Shown in pieces: positions 49,268-59,789 of a DNA stretch of 64,000 nucleotides. Under the pieces are notes generated by a model. It had not been told where the DNA came from, did not search any database, and saw only the letters and a program-made list of their open reading frames with translations. Numbering within the stretch: position 1 is the first letter of the stretch; every line of letters begins with the position of its first letter. Where the stretch lies: assembly GCA_040285855.1 (NCBI GenBank), contig JAUFOQ010000006.1, positions 2,170,001-2,234,000 on the forward strand, given 5' to 3'. This DNA is from Eukaryota sp. GEM-RC1. Lineage: Eukaryota. The position numbers were made by a program, and so were the translations under genes.

Positions 49268-50319
49268 AACTTTGGATATGAAAAAATCGAATAACACATG
49301 ACACATAGACAAACTTGTGATAGGAGTATATGATGAGTGGATGGTAGTATAATGGGTTTCTGTGGATTCTTCACAAAAATTGTCAATTGCTAATAAATTG
49401 TCCTTTCAATGGTTGAATTACAATTATGGTTTTCACCGCCGGTTTGAAAGTAACCCGTATTTGACAAACATTAGTTCGACTAACTAGGCAAAACCCACAA
49501 AAATACCGACTACACGTATATTCTACTCTAGTATTCTATAATATCACGTCATAGTGATTGTTTAGGAGTATTACATATCGCTACTGCATGAAAATTCACT
49601 GCTTAAGATTGCTGACACTGTAAATAGTTTTTCTTAAACACAATGGAGAATACAATATATCACATCGACTACAGTAGTAGTAAATAACGCAACAAGTAGT
49701 AGTAAGAGTTGCTGTATGTGAAGTAACTAAAAGATCAAATAGCATGCCAAATATATTTTGAACGTTCCTATGAATGTGTGATGTTACTTTTGTTAAATCT
49801 TATGCAACAAAATCTTTCCACATAATCCTCTATAAGTAAAGGCAGATCAATGGTTAACATTATTTGATTAATCAATGAGAATTCGAGCACTTGTTGCAAA
49901 TTCAAGGTAGTTATACAAATAAACCTAATTGTTGTTCTGTTCCATTTAGTCTCTATGTGTCAATAATGCAGACAGTAAGAGCTGTAATACCTTTCAGGAA
50001 ACATCAAGTGTTCATCAGACTTGTTAACTTCCTAAAGGAGCTCAATAGATTGTGTAGTAAATAAAACTCTGCTTGAAACTACTTCTTTGCAGTAATGTCG
50101 ATTGCACAACGACAGTATAAATAGAGATCCATCACGATTGTGGTGAATCGTCTATAGTAATATAAAAACGGATTTATGTGCGGAGAAAAACACACAACAA
50201 GAAAACAACAAATAGATGAATAAGGACAATTAAAACAAGCTATCAAACGAACTACACAATGCTGAAAAGTAGTTGCCACCAAACAACCTGGACAAATTGA
50301 AATCAACATACTGTATCTA

Positions 50320-50700
50320 TACATTGACCAAAAACCAAAAATCAAATTTTCACTTCCAGTGCGATCTGTTAAACTTCTTCTCAAATTCTGAACACAAATT
50401 TTCAAACAAAAGTTAAAAACTTTTCGACTGAAGAACCGAAATCTCCATATAAAGAAACTGCAAAAGGCTGAAAGACAATATTTGTATGTTTATTATTAAA
50501 ACGTTTATTATCGTGAATTCAATGCTGCAACTTGATGTACTTTCTTTGACAATTTAGAGTTCTCAGCACGAATAGCAGTTGTAGATTACAAACAACTAAT
50601 TTATTCTCAAGTTAATTTGTGTGCCACACTTTGAAAGTTTGGTGTGAAGGTTAATGTCGAAAAACGTAATCTTTTACCGGATAGGGATGAAGTCGTTTGG
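50320..50700 (-). mobile_element. Degenerate CRE-like retrotransposon fragment (divergent family)
   Basis: Minus strand reads 'KRLRF', 'KCGTQINL', 'NIVFQPFAVSLYGDFGSSVEKFL' and 'KKFNRSHWK'. Confidence 0.6.
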
Positions 50701-51183
50701 ATTTAGTTTTAGTATCATTTGTCTGTTTTTGAAAATTCACAGTGTTGAAGGAAGGATACCTTTTGAGTACCGAATGAAGTTGTTGGTTACTAATTAATTT
50801 AATTAATCTGAAGGTTGTCCCAACTGCAGAAATCATCCTATGTCATTATAGATGGAAAGCTGATTAGCTGGGTGGTTCAATATATTTAATCAATCAATAA
50901 ACAAATTCTGGTACAAACATTCAGTCATTGAAGAAAGAAAGAAATTGGAATATAAATGCAGACTACTACCGAAATTGTTTTATTAGTGATAACAATTTTG
51001 ATGTCAAATAAAACGAATAAACAATTCCTGAAAAAACTTTTTAATAACCAATCCTTTAAACTTTAACAGGTTTTTGAAACAACAAAGGACTCAAAAGTCT
51101 GCAATACATCGAAAAAAAAACAAATAAATTGATAAATGACAAAAAATTAAAAAATATGTTACAAACAATGTCCATCAACTAAT

Positions 51184-52851
51184 TCAAATTTGATTTTGAA
51201 CTCTAGACAATTCTCCTTCAAGCTCATAATAGCCACTCCTAATAGCTTCTAAATCATCTGTTAATTGTAGAATCTTCCTCGACAGCTTCTGTTCAATTTC
51301 ATTCTTTCCTCTTTCAGCCGCAGCAGCTTTCTGAGCTGATATCGTGATAGCTGACGACATTTGAACTTTTTCATCCTCCAATTCGACAATTTCCCTATTC
51401 GCAGCATCAAGTAAACGTAAGGATTGTTGTAGATCAGAAGTAACTGCATCTCTAATATCAGCCAATTGATCACATTCCTCAACTAACTTGTTGATCTCTT
51501 CTTTTAAATTTGATTGTTCTTGACGATTATGGGTCAGCTCCCGTTTGATGAATTCGACTTCTTTCTGGAACTTTTCTGCGTTTTGAACTGCCTTATTCCG
51601 TTCAATCTCTTTTGATTGGCTTAAACTATGGAGCTCATCTGATTGTCTTTGATAGGCTTGAACTTCTAATTGAAGTTGCTCTATTGTTAGAGTGAGGCTA
51701 TCACATTCTTGAGAAAGTTTTGTGTTTTCCTTCTGAAGATCATAGAATTCTTCAGTTTTCTTATCCAATTGTTGCAGAACATCATCTTTTTCCTTGTCAA
51801 TAGAGGTAACCGCAGCTTTGATTAACGTTTCTTGCCTGTCTTGAAGTGATTGGAGCTCTTCTTTTAGGAAAGTGTTCTCGTGTTGAAGTGAAGATTTGTC
51901 AGTTTTTAACTGGTCAAAACTAGAAAGTGTATGCCGTAGCTCCTGAAGTTCGGATTTTAACTCGAGATTCTCATTTTCAACTTTTAAGCAAGTTGTCATT
52001 GATTTTTCATTCTTCTTCAAATCCTCAACAGTCTGTTTCAATTCAGAATTTTCCTTTTCAATTTTTAAATAATTCGTCAACGAAACCTCATTCTGCCTCA
52101 ATTCCTCTATATATTTCATTAATTCGGAGTTTTCTCGCTCCAACTTCATTAACCGAACTACAGAGACTTCATTCTGCCTTAAGTCTTGAACAATTTCCTT
52201 CAGGTCAATATTCTCTTTCTCCAACTTTTCATATCTTTCAGTTGGCATTCTTTGGCCTCGAATGTACGTCTTGAGTTCCTGAATTTCATCCTCTAGTTTC
52301 TTCACAACTTGTTCAGAACTTCCCTGTACCTTGAGCTCATCCACGATCCTTTTCAGAGTTTCATTTTCAGATTGGATGACGTCAGCATTGTGTAACTTCT
52401 TGCTAATTGACTTGGAATCCTTTTGCAATTTCTCTATCTTATCATGGAGCAGTAGGTTCTCATTGGTAATTTTTTTTAATTCAGTAACGGCTCTTTCAGC
52501 TTCAGCAGCAGATGCAAGAGCAGCAGTTTCAGATTCAGCAACTAGTTTCTTAAGAGACTCCTCCTTTTTGGATGAAAGAGAAGGTTTCGGACGTCCATAG
52601 AGGTTTTCAGTAGGAGTTTCGAGACGTAGACGTAAACGATCGTAATCTTGTTCAAGTTGGCCAAGTTTTTCTTGAAGATGAAGACATTTGAGCTCGAGAT
52701 TAGTTTTAGCAGTCTGAAGTTGCTTTAGTTGTTCATCACGTTCTGATATTGTTCGACGAAAGGAAGCAGACGTTTCAGAAGCAGCAGAATGAAGAAAGTT
52801 TATTTCCCGAGTTAATCGAGAGACAGTCTGGTTGAAAGATTCGGATTGCAT
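51184..52851 (-). CDS. Long coiled-coil protein with internal 27-aa repeats
   Basis: 555 aa of heptad-rich sequence; repeats of K(L/I/V)E.EN..L....EL..NE.S. Confidence 0.8.
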   Translation of the reverse strand: MQSESFNQTVSRLTREINFLHSAASETSASFRRTISERDEQLKQLQTAKTNLELKCLHLQEKLGQLEQDYDRLRLRLETPTENLYGRPKPSLSSKKEESLKKLVAESETAALASAAEAERAVTELKKITNENLLLHDKIEKLQKDSKSISKKLHNADVIQSENETLKRIVDELKVQGSSEQVVKKLEDEIQELKTYIRGQRMPTERYEKLEKENIDLKEIVQDLRQNEVSVVRLMKLERENSELMKYIEELRQNEVSLTNYLKIEKENSELKQTVEDLKKNEKSMTTCLKVENENLELKSELQELRHTLSSFDQLKTDKSSLQHENTFLKEELQSLQDRQETLIKAAVTSIDKEKDDVLQQLDKKTEEFYDLQKENTKLSQECDSLTLTIEQLQLEVQAYQRQSDELHSLSQSKEIERNKAVQNAEKFQKEVEFIKRELTHNRQEQSNLKEEINKLVEECDQLADIRDAVTSDLQQSLRLLDAANREIVELEDEKVQMSSAITISAQKAAAAERGKNEIEQKLSRKILQLTDDLEAIRSGYYELEGELSRVQNQI

Positions 52852-52922
52852 AAGAGCATCAATGGTTGTTATAAGATCTGGATTCTATTTTCAGTTCGTC
52901 CATACAAAAATGTCTCTTCTTG

Positions 52923-53813
52923 ATGGTGACTCTTGCTGTGTATGCACCTAGATCGAAACATTTTGCTCACGTGTATCAACAACTGTTACGTGAAGCAAAA
53001 CTTTTTGGATGTCGTTTTCTCTTTCTCGATTCCCTGAACTATAACACATCTGTTTCAATTGATTTAGTTATGCATAAAGTGTCAGACTTTGCAACATATA
53101 ACCGATCCTATACTTTTCCGAATTTGTATCGTGTTATTGATTCTTCACATGTTCAGCAGCTCGCTTTATCTCGACAATCAATGTTCCAACCTTTTCGATT
53201 GAACGATCCTCTTAAGCCTCCTCGTCTATCATTTCCCACCACTTTTTCTTTACCATCAGACAACCTCGATCATTTCATAACTGATCATATTGGTTGTCCT
53301 TGCATCGTCAAGCCCGATGTAGCTTGTGGAAGTGCTTCAAGCCATCGTCTCTTCATTTTTCCCAATCTCAACACCCTTGCAGACCTTTCTCTTCTTCCCC
53401 CAGCTGATTACATCGTCCAGCCTTTCCTTCCGTGTTACAAACTGATTAAACTGTACGCAGTAGTACCATCTCCTCAACTTAATAGAAACTTCTATGTTTG
53501 GAGCTGTGACTTTACCTCTAGTCATCCCAAAGTAGATCTTGATTCTCCTTCTGTTACTATGTTTGACTCTCAATCTGTTAGAAACAACAAACCTAATGCT
53601 TTACTCACAAATTATCCTCTATTAGTAGACATTGCATTGTACATCTCTAATAGAACTGGGTTTACTTTCTTTGGAGTTGATCTTGTTCAGGCAAGTGATG
53701 ACGTCATCAACTATTCGTGTGTTGATATTAACTACCTACCATCTTTTGAGGGATGTGTAGACTTTGGAAAGTTGGCTTTGAGTTGTTTACTTGAGGCATT
53801 TGAACTGAACTAA
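52923..53813 (+). CDS. ITPK1: Inositol-tetrakisphosphate 1-kinase (ATP-grasp)
   Basis: 'DLVMHKVSD', 'P.IVKPDVACGSASSH', 'VQPFL...LIKLY', 'FFGVDLV' and 'VDINYLPSF'. Confidence 0.85.
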   Translation: MVTLAVYAPRSKHFAHVYQQLLREAKLFGCRFLFLDSLNYNTSVSIDLVMHKVSDFATYNRSYTFPNLYRVIDSSHVQQLALSRQSMFQPFRLNDPLKPPRLSFPTTFSLPSDNLDHFITDHIGCPCIVKPDVACGSASSHRLFIFPNLNTLADLSLLPPADYIVQPFLPCYKLIKLYAVVPSPQLNRNFYVWSCDFTSSHPKVDLDSPSVTMFDSQSVRNNKPNALLTNYPLLVDIALYISNRTGFTFFGVDLVQASDDVINYSCVDINYLPSFEGCVDFGKLALSCLLEAFELN

Positions 53814-54276
53814 AGAGTTTTCTTTTATGATAAATATATTTGATTAATACTAGTAACACAAGTAAAAGGTTAAATTGATGACTACATATTCTTAGGAATA
53901 AATCAGTGCAAAAACAAAATGTCCTGCACACACCGTTTAAAAACAGTGCACATACTTGATAGATACTACAAAACAAATAGATACCAAAACTTCGTACGGA
54001 TTTTGGTATATAGAAGACATAAGACCAGTAGTACCATTTCAACGGTCGAAAATTAATTGTTTGGGCACGCTTCTGTTATCTTTACGCAATCATATTTGAA
54101 TCAAGTGTTTCATTATTCCAAAGCAAAACATCATACATATATTTTGAAGAAACGTGGAATTATTCTGCTAAACAATCAAATTTTATAAAGATCAATAATT
54201 TTAAAAACCAACGCGAATCTGAATCACAAGACCCAAAAAACCAAATTTTAAATTATATATTACATACTAATTGATC

Positions 54277-56416
54277 CTATTCCAATCTTCTAATGACACC
54301 GTCACGCCAACTCAAAGTCTGACCATCCATTGCTTTTACTATTTCGTCTAACTTCGCGTGAGTGATAAGACCTGAATGCCTCTCCGCAATGACTCTGAAC
54401 AATTCTTGGAACCGCCACTCATCTCTTTCCATCAGCACAGTCTTAACCAGCTCCTGAAGTTCTCTCAAAGCCTCTCTATCATAAGCAGATTGACCAGTCA
54501 GGATCTTATCTAAATCAATCAAACCACTTCTTGGATCAGTGGCAGCTTGCTTCAAAGCTGATTGAACTAGATTGAACGCTCTTTCTACGTCATAATCTTC
54601 AACAAAAGAAGCTAAACGAATTTTAGCATAAGCTTCAGAAATTCGAATTAAACTTTCCAATTGTCTTGGAGTGGCAGTAACAGTATTAGCAGTTGAACCA
54701 AGAGAACGTAATTCCAAGTATTTCTCTGTCATCAAAGCAGCAGCATCCATGGAAATCTCTGGTCTTGCATTTGATCTAACATAAGCTATATACTTTGCTA
54801 GAATTTTCAAGGGTAAAACATCTGGTTCCTCTTCATTCATTGAACGTAATTCTTCTGAACAAAACAGAGAAACAACATGCTTAGCCAGTCTTGCATCTAA
54901 ATCTTTGTCAGGAATATCCAGTATTAAATAAATCAAATCAAAACGAGACAATAAAGTTGGTGGGATATTAATATTCTCAACAACACTCAATTGATGGTTA
55001 TATCTACTCTCAATCGGATTAGCTGCAGCAATAACTGAAGTTCTAGCGTTTAAACTACAGACAATCCCAGCTTTAGCAACTGAAATAGTCTGCTGTTCAA
55101 GTGCTTCATGAAGAATCGTTCTACTTCCCTCAGCCATCTTATCAAACTCATCAATACAACAAATACCTAAATCACTCAGAACTAATGCACCTGACTCCAG
55201 TACAGTTTCTCCAGTGTCAGGATCTTTAGTTACAAAGGCAGTTAGACCTACAGAGGAACTTCCTTTTCCAGAAGTGAAGAGACCTCGGGGGGAAAGGCGA
55301 TGAACAAAGTCAAGTAGTTGAGACTTAGCTGTACCTGGATCTCCAACTAGTAATACGTTGATTTCTCCTCTAAGTCTGGCGTTGTTTAATGAAGCAATTT
55401 CTTTAGAAACTCCACCAACTAGCTGACACAACAGACCTTCTTTAACGTCATTGTTTCCAAAAATAGAAGGTGCAATAGAGTTCACAAGGTAATCAACGAC
55501 GTCATGTCGACTGGCAACTAATTGGAACAGACTAAGATCATCCTCTGAGAACTCTGGTGCATGCTCATTCTCACTTGGATCAATTGTGGCATAAAGAGAT
55601 GAGGTATCTTCACCAGTAAGCCTCTTGTCGAGTTTTCTTACGGCAATTCCTTCCAGATAAGTAGCGAATACAACTCTGGTTGTTCTTTTGTTGGCTTGAG
55701 GACGAATACCTTTGGCTTTGTACACCCCAGTGAGCTCTACTCTATCACCAGGTCTGATTGAGTCAACGAGAGTGTCATAAAAGACGACTGACATCGTGGT
55801 TGGAATAGATCCGTCAACTAAATGTTCAGGACTTTCTTGCAGTTTAACCACTTGTTTATCAACATACTTGGATATGTTGTGGATTACTTGGTAGGTAGAA
55901 CGACGATTACACTGGAGTACAGGAAGTGGGAAGTTCAAAGGAGGTTGCGGTGGAAAGATCCTTATGGTCGTCAGCTCCACACAGAGAGCACCGATAGTAG
56001 ACTCGTCTAGGTTCAGGGAGGACAGGAGAAACTCTAGTGATCATTCCCGTGATTTTGACGAGAGTATCAATGTCTGATGGAGAGAGGTCTCGAAGGTTTC
56101 TTTCAGCATCCGCGCCTAGGTTGTAGGGACGGACAGTGATGGAGAGACTGGCGTCTAGTTGGTTTGGGAAGACTTCGCGGCAAACAGAAGTTGCAACATT
56201 GTTGAGAATTTCAAAGAAGGCATTGGGACTCAATAATAAATGTGTATATAACATATCATCATAGGATTTGAGGTGTTGGGCATCTAATGGAAGAACAGGA
56301 ATGTTGTCATAAGAAACATCGTCAAGAAGTTCTAAATAGATAGTTCTATCTGCACCAAAGGTCCGGAAGAAGGATGCAAGCTGGGCTTCACAATGTTCTT
56401 GGTCGTCAACTTGCAT
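54277..56416 (-). CDS. MCM4: DNA replication licensing factor MCM4; one extra C at ~55914
   Basis: 'GDPGTAKSQLL', 'SGKGSSSVGLTAFVTKDPDTGETVLESGALVLSD.GICCIDEFDKM', 'SRFDLI' and 'TPRQLESLIR'. Removing one C restores the zinc-finger C-x2-C (CTQC). Confidence 0.92.
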
Positions 56417-56474
56417 TATAGTTTATGGAAGAAAGACAATTGTCCTCTCCTCAAACTAACTACTAGTAGAACTT

Positions 56475-56831
56475 ATGACATTTAACTTTGCTACTGCTCA
56501 TCATGAACTATTTTGTGAGTCTTGTGGAACTTTCTTGATTCTATCTCCTACTGGTGCTCTGCAATGTCCTTGTTGTCTTGCTGTTCCTCCGGTGCAAGAA
56601 GGCGTTCTGCAAACAACTGTTATTGAATCCAATCTTAAACCCATGTTATTTACTTTCGATAGTCCGGATAATGCATCTTCCAATCGTGGAGCTGAAATTG
56701 AAGAAACTTGTCCGAAGTGCAGTCACAACAGAATGTCTTTTACTACTGTGCAACTACGAAGTGTTGACGAAGGAGCTACAGTTTTCTACACTTGTTTGAA
56801 ATGCAATTTTAGGTACTCCGTCAATAACTAA
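56475..56831 (+). CDS. RPA12: RNA polymerase I subunit RPA12
   Basis: 'FCESCGTFL..CPCC' and 'EETCPKCSH..MSFTTVQLRSVDEGATVFYTCLKC....VNN'. Confidence 0.9.
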   Translation: MTFNFATAHHELFCESCGTFLILSPTGALQCPCCLAVPPVQEGVLQTTVIESNLKPMLFTFDSPDNASSNRGAEIEETCPKCSHNRMSFTTVQLRSVDEGATVFYTCLKCNFRYSVNN

Positions 56832-57638
56832 CTAATTATTTAATTAACTTGCTCTTTTGTTCTGACTGTTAATAGTTAATCTCTTTATAGTTTTAGTTTT
56901 GTTTGGGGTCTTTTGTCTGCTTTGAACCAAGGTCATGGTAGATAAATCAAGATATCTTGTTTTACCCTCCGAATTTTCTGATGCCCAGATGAGTTTTTGT
57001 AGTGCAATGAATACATACAAGAGTCTACATGTAGTTTGCCAGCCAAAATGAAGAATTAGAATCCTGTTATGTCAACAATCTACATATGACGTCAACTAAG
57101 ATAGTAACGTTGAACTAGATTTTTGAACCTACATATTTATCGTCTTTCAATATGATATTACTGCAATGACGTTGTTTCTAACCGTTCCAAATTAACATTG
57201 GTTTAGTTGAGAGGCGCGACTCTACTCGAACTGTCACAGAAACTTTCAAAACACTATTTAAAGAAACTCTTGGAGTGTAGTGAAATATCCACCGATCTGT
57301 AGCACTAAAGAATATTCTGATATACGAAAAAACATCTCAAAAATGCTGGTAAAATAACGGCATTTGAAACTTGAATCCTTCGTGAAGTTATGGTCCTCCA
57401 ACCATAACTGAAGTGTTAATTTGAATAATAGTTTTCCTAGTACCTTTTTACAATTTTGCAAAGACACAGGTTGAATACCATTTGTCAAGAGAATTATAGT
57501 ATTAGGTGTCTTGTTGTTGCCCATCTCACCCAACAAACTTGATTATAATCTATACAAAATTTTGATCAATCTACCAACTTTACCAACTGTACTAACCCCA
57601 ACCATCCATTTGAATTAGATCATTTCTGTTTAGTTTCT

Positions 57639-58544
57639 ATGTTTCACAATTTTCTAACCCTTCATTACAAAGTAGCTACAAATCAATATGCTACGGGACC
57701 TAAAGACGTGTACACTATATTCACTACAACGATGATGATTGCATTGTTGAGCTACACATTTAATCACGTTTTCCATTTAATCAACAGACAATCAACATCT
57801 TTCCTTTCTCAACGCCGTCGAAGTAATGTAACTCACAACTACTTCTTCTTCCTTTTCTATTTGTTTATAAGCATGTATCAATTGTGCCACCTTAAAGCTG
57901 AGCCATGGATGTGGTATCCTACCTTAGCCATGAAAATTCCTTGGACTGAGAATGATCAAGCATTTGTCAAGATTTCTGCCATCATCCACAATGCATTCTA
58001 CATTTATGGGCTTCTATATCTTTTGCTATGTAAACGTCACCAAGAAGAGGCAGGTTACATAGCCATGGCTATCCATCATTTTGCTACAATATTCCTTATC
58101 TTCGCCTCGCTCTTTTGGGCTGATCAAACGAGAATCGGTGTCCTAATTCAGTTTTGTCACAACATTGCAGATATCTTTCTCAATCTAGCCAAAGCACTTC
58201 ATCATGCTGGGAAACACTCGTCAGCGGAATCGTCTTTTCTTATCTTTGCCTTTTGTTTTCTTTTCACAAGAATCTTCTGGTTTGGGTATATCCTTTACTC
58301 AGTATTTGGTCCTGCAGCATGTGAACGAATGACACCACATTACTACCGAAGAAATCTATTTTATGCCAGCCCATTGTTAATTTTATATGTTCTTCACTTT
58401 CTTTGGTTGATTCGTATATCTAAATTGGTTCGAAGCTATTTCTCTGGGGGAAATTTGAGTCTTCAGTTATCCCAGATTCAGGAAAAAGATGCAACGCAAC
58501 CTATACAGAAAAGAAGTAGTACAGTGAAGAAGAAGGTTTCATAG
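57639..58544 (+). CDS. TLC-domain ceramide synthase (LAG1/LAC1 family)
   Basis: Lag1 motif 'MAIHHFATIFLIFAS...RIGVLIQFCHNIADIFLNLAK', plus 'F..TRI' and 'LHFLW..I'. Confidence 0.85.
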   Translation: MFHNFLTLHYKVATNQYATGPKDVYTIFTTTMMIALLSYTFNHVFHLINRQSTSFLSQRRRSNVTHNYFFFLFYLFISMYQLCHLKAEPWMWYPTLAMKIPWTENDQAFVKISAIIHNAFYIYGLLYLLLCKRHQEEAGYIAMAIHHFATIFLIFASLFWADQTRIGVLIQFCHNIADIFLNLAKALHHAGKHSSAESSFLIFAFCFLFTRIFWFGYILYSVFGPAACERMTPHYYRRNLFYASPLLILYVLHFLWLIRISKLVRSYFSGGNLSLQLSQIQEKDATQPIQKRSSTVKKKVS

Positions 58545-58608
58545 CATTTGAGCTTCATTTGAATTAATTATTAAAATACATTTATAATAATACAATACTC
58601 TACATAAA

Positions 58609-59658
58609 CTACAACAAGTCTCCATATACAAACACTCTATAGATTGCAGTGTAACTGGGATTTCCTGAGTTGTCTAAGAAGTTAAATACAACGCGGTTAC
58701 ACTGTACGTCTGTTTCTAAGTCAAATATCTGCAAGAACCCAGGTCTGTTGTATTCAAATGACTCTGACGTCACGTCTGTTCCATAATCCTTAATGCAAGT
58801 AATGGAAAACTTCTTAGGCATGGCTGAATGAGAGTGAGAAGGAAGATCATCTAACCGTGGATGAGTCAAGCCTACTGAAGAGACAGAGATGAGAGATGGA
58901 AATTTGATTACAATTTTACCAAGAGTACCGACCATTGCAAAGTTGTCACCAACGAATGGTGTATTGCCATCGATTACCTTTGTTGCAGTGTGTTGCTTGG
59001 AGAAAACAGTACCCACTTTACTTACTAATGATGGAGAAGAGGACTTTAAGTCAACCTTAGCACCAAGGCTAGCCAAGGCAATGTTCGGGCGACTAGGAAT
59101 TGTAGCTTTAGTATGAACTTGGTTTTTGGAAACACTGTTCGAGTCATCAGTAGCATCATGGATCACCTCAGATTTATCAGAAGAAGTATCAACATCATCT
59201 GAAGAAACTGAAGTACCAGTAGGTTCAGCAACAGAGGGCATTTGTAATTTAGATGCAGTTTCGTTCGCAGCGGTGGAGGTATGCGAGGGCTGAGGGCGAC
59301 TGTGTACGTCTGCGAAAGGGGTCAAGACTTCATGTGGGTTGAGAGGAAGCATTCTGGGGATAGTGATGAGTAGCGCTACAGCCAAAAGCAAAACGACTAG
59401 AAGTGTAATGGAGAGCCGACGGTACTTCACTACGGACTTTGAAGGTTCTAATACAGAAGGCTCAAGAAACAGTGACGAGTTTCCAATTGGAGTCAGAAGC
59501 TCATGGTCGCTTAACAGAGGAGTAAGTGGGCGAGGAATGGCAACAACCGGTTGTCTACCATTGGAATATATAGCCTTCAAACGAGTGTTGTAGCTGTGCT
59601 TAGGTGAATAGTCTTCAGGCAATGACAAGGCACGTCCTCGAACTGTAGAGTACGACAT
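58609..59658 (-). CDS. SUN-domain inner nuclear membrane protein
   Basis: N-terminal nucleoplasmic region, one TM helix, C-terminal SUN 'PNIALASLGAKV...H......SAMPKKF...FLDNSGNPSYTAIYRVFVYG'. Confidence 0.88.
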   Translation of the reverse strand: MSYSTVRGRALSLPEDYSPKHSYNTRLKAIYSNGRQPVVAIPRPLTPLLSDHELLTPIGNSSLFLEPSVLEPSKSVVKYRRLSITLLVVLLLAVALLITIPRMLPLNPHEVLTPFADVHSRPQPSHTSTAANETASKLQMPSVAEPTGTSVSSDDVDTSSDKSEVIHDATDDSNSVSKNQVHTKATIPSRPNIALASLGAKVDLKSSSPSLVSKVGTVFSKQHTATKVIDGNTPFVGDNFAMVGTLGKIVIKFPSLISVSSVGLTHPRLDDLPSHSHSAMPKKFSITCIKDYGTDVTSESFEYNRPGFLQIFDLETDVQCNRVVFNFLDNSGNPSYTAIYRVFVYGDLL

Positions 59659-59789
59659 TTGAAGTCAACAGAATTCAATCTTTTTCTTTTCTTCATGGGG
59701 TAACTACTACATAATTGTGAACAAAGTCTAACATTAAATTATGGAACAAGCAACATAAATCAAGACTATAAAACTATAAACTACCGGTA

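Noticed and set aside
49410..49495. tRNA-like 'gttcga' hairpin
   Set aside because: No cloverleaf or acceptor stem could be built. No RNA gene is supported in this window.
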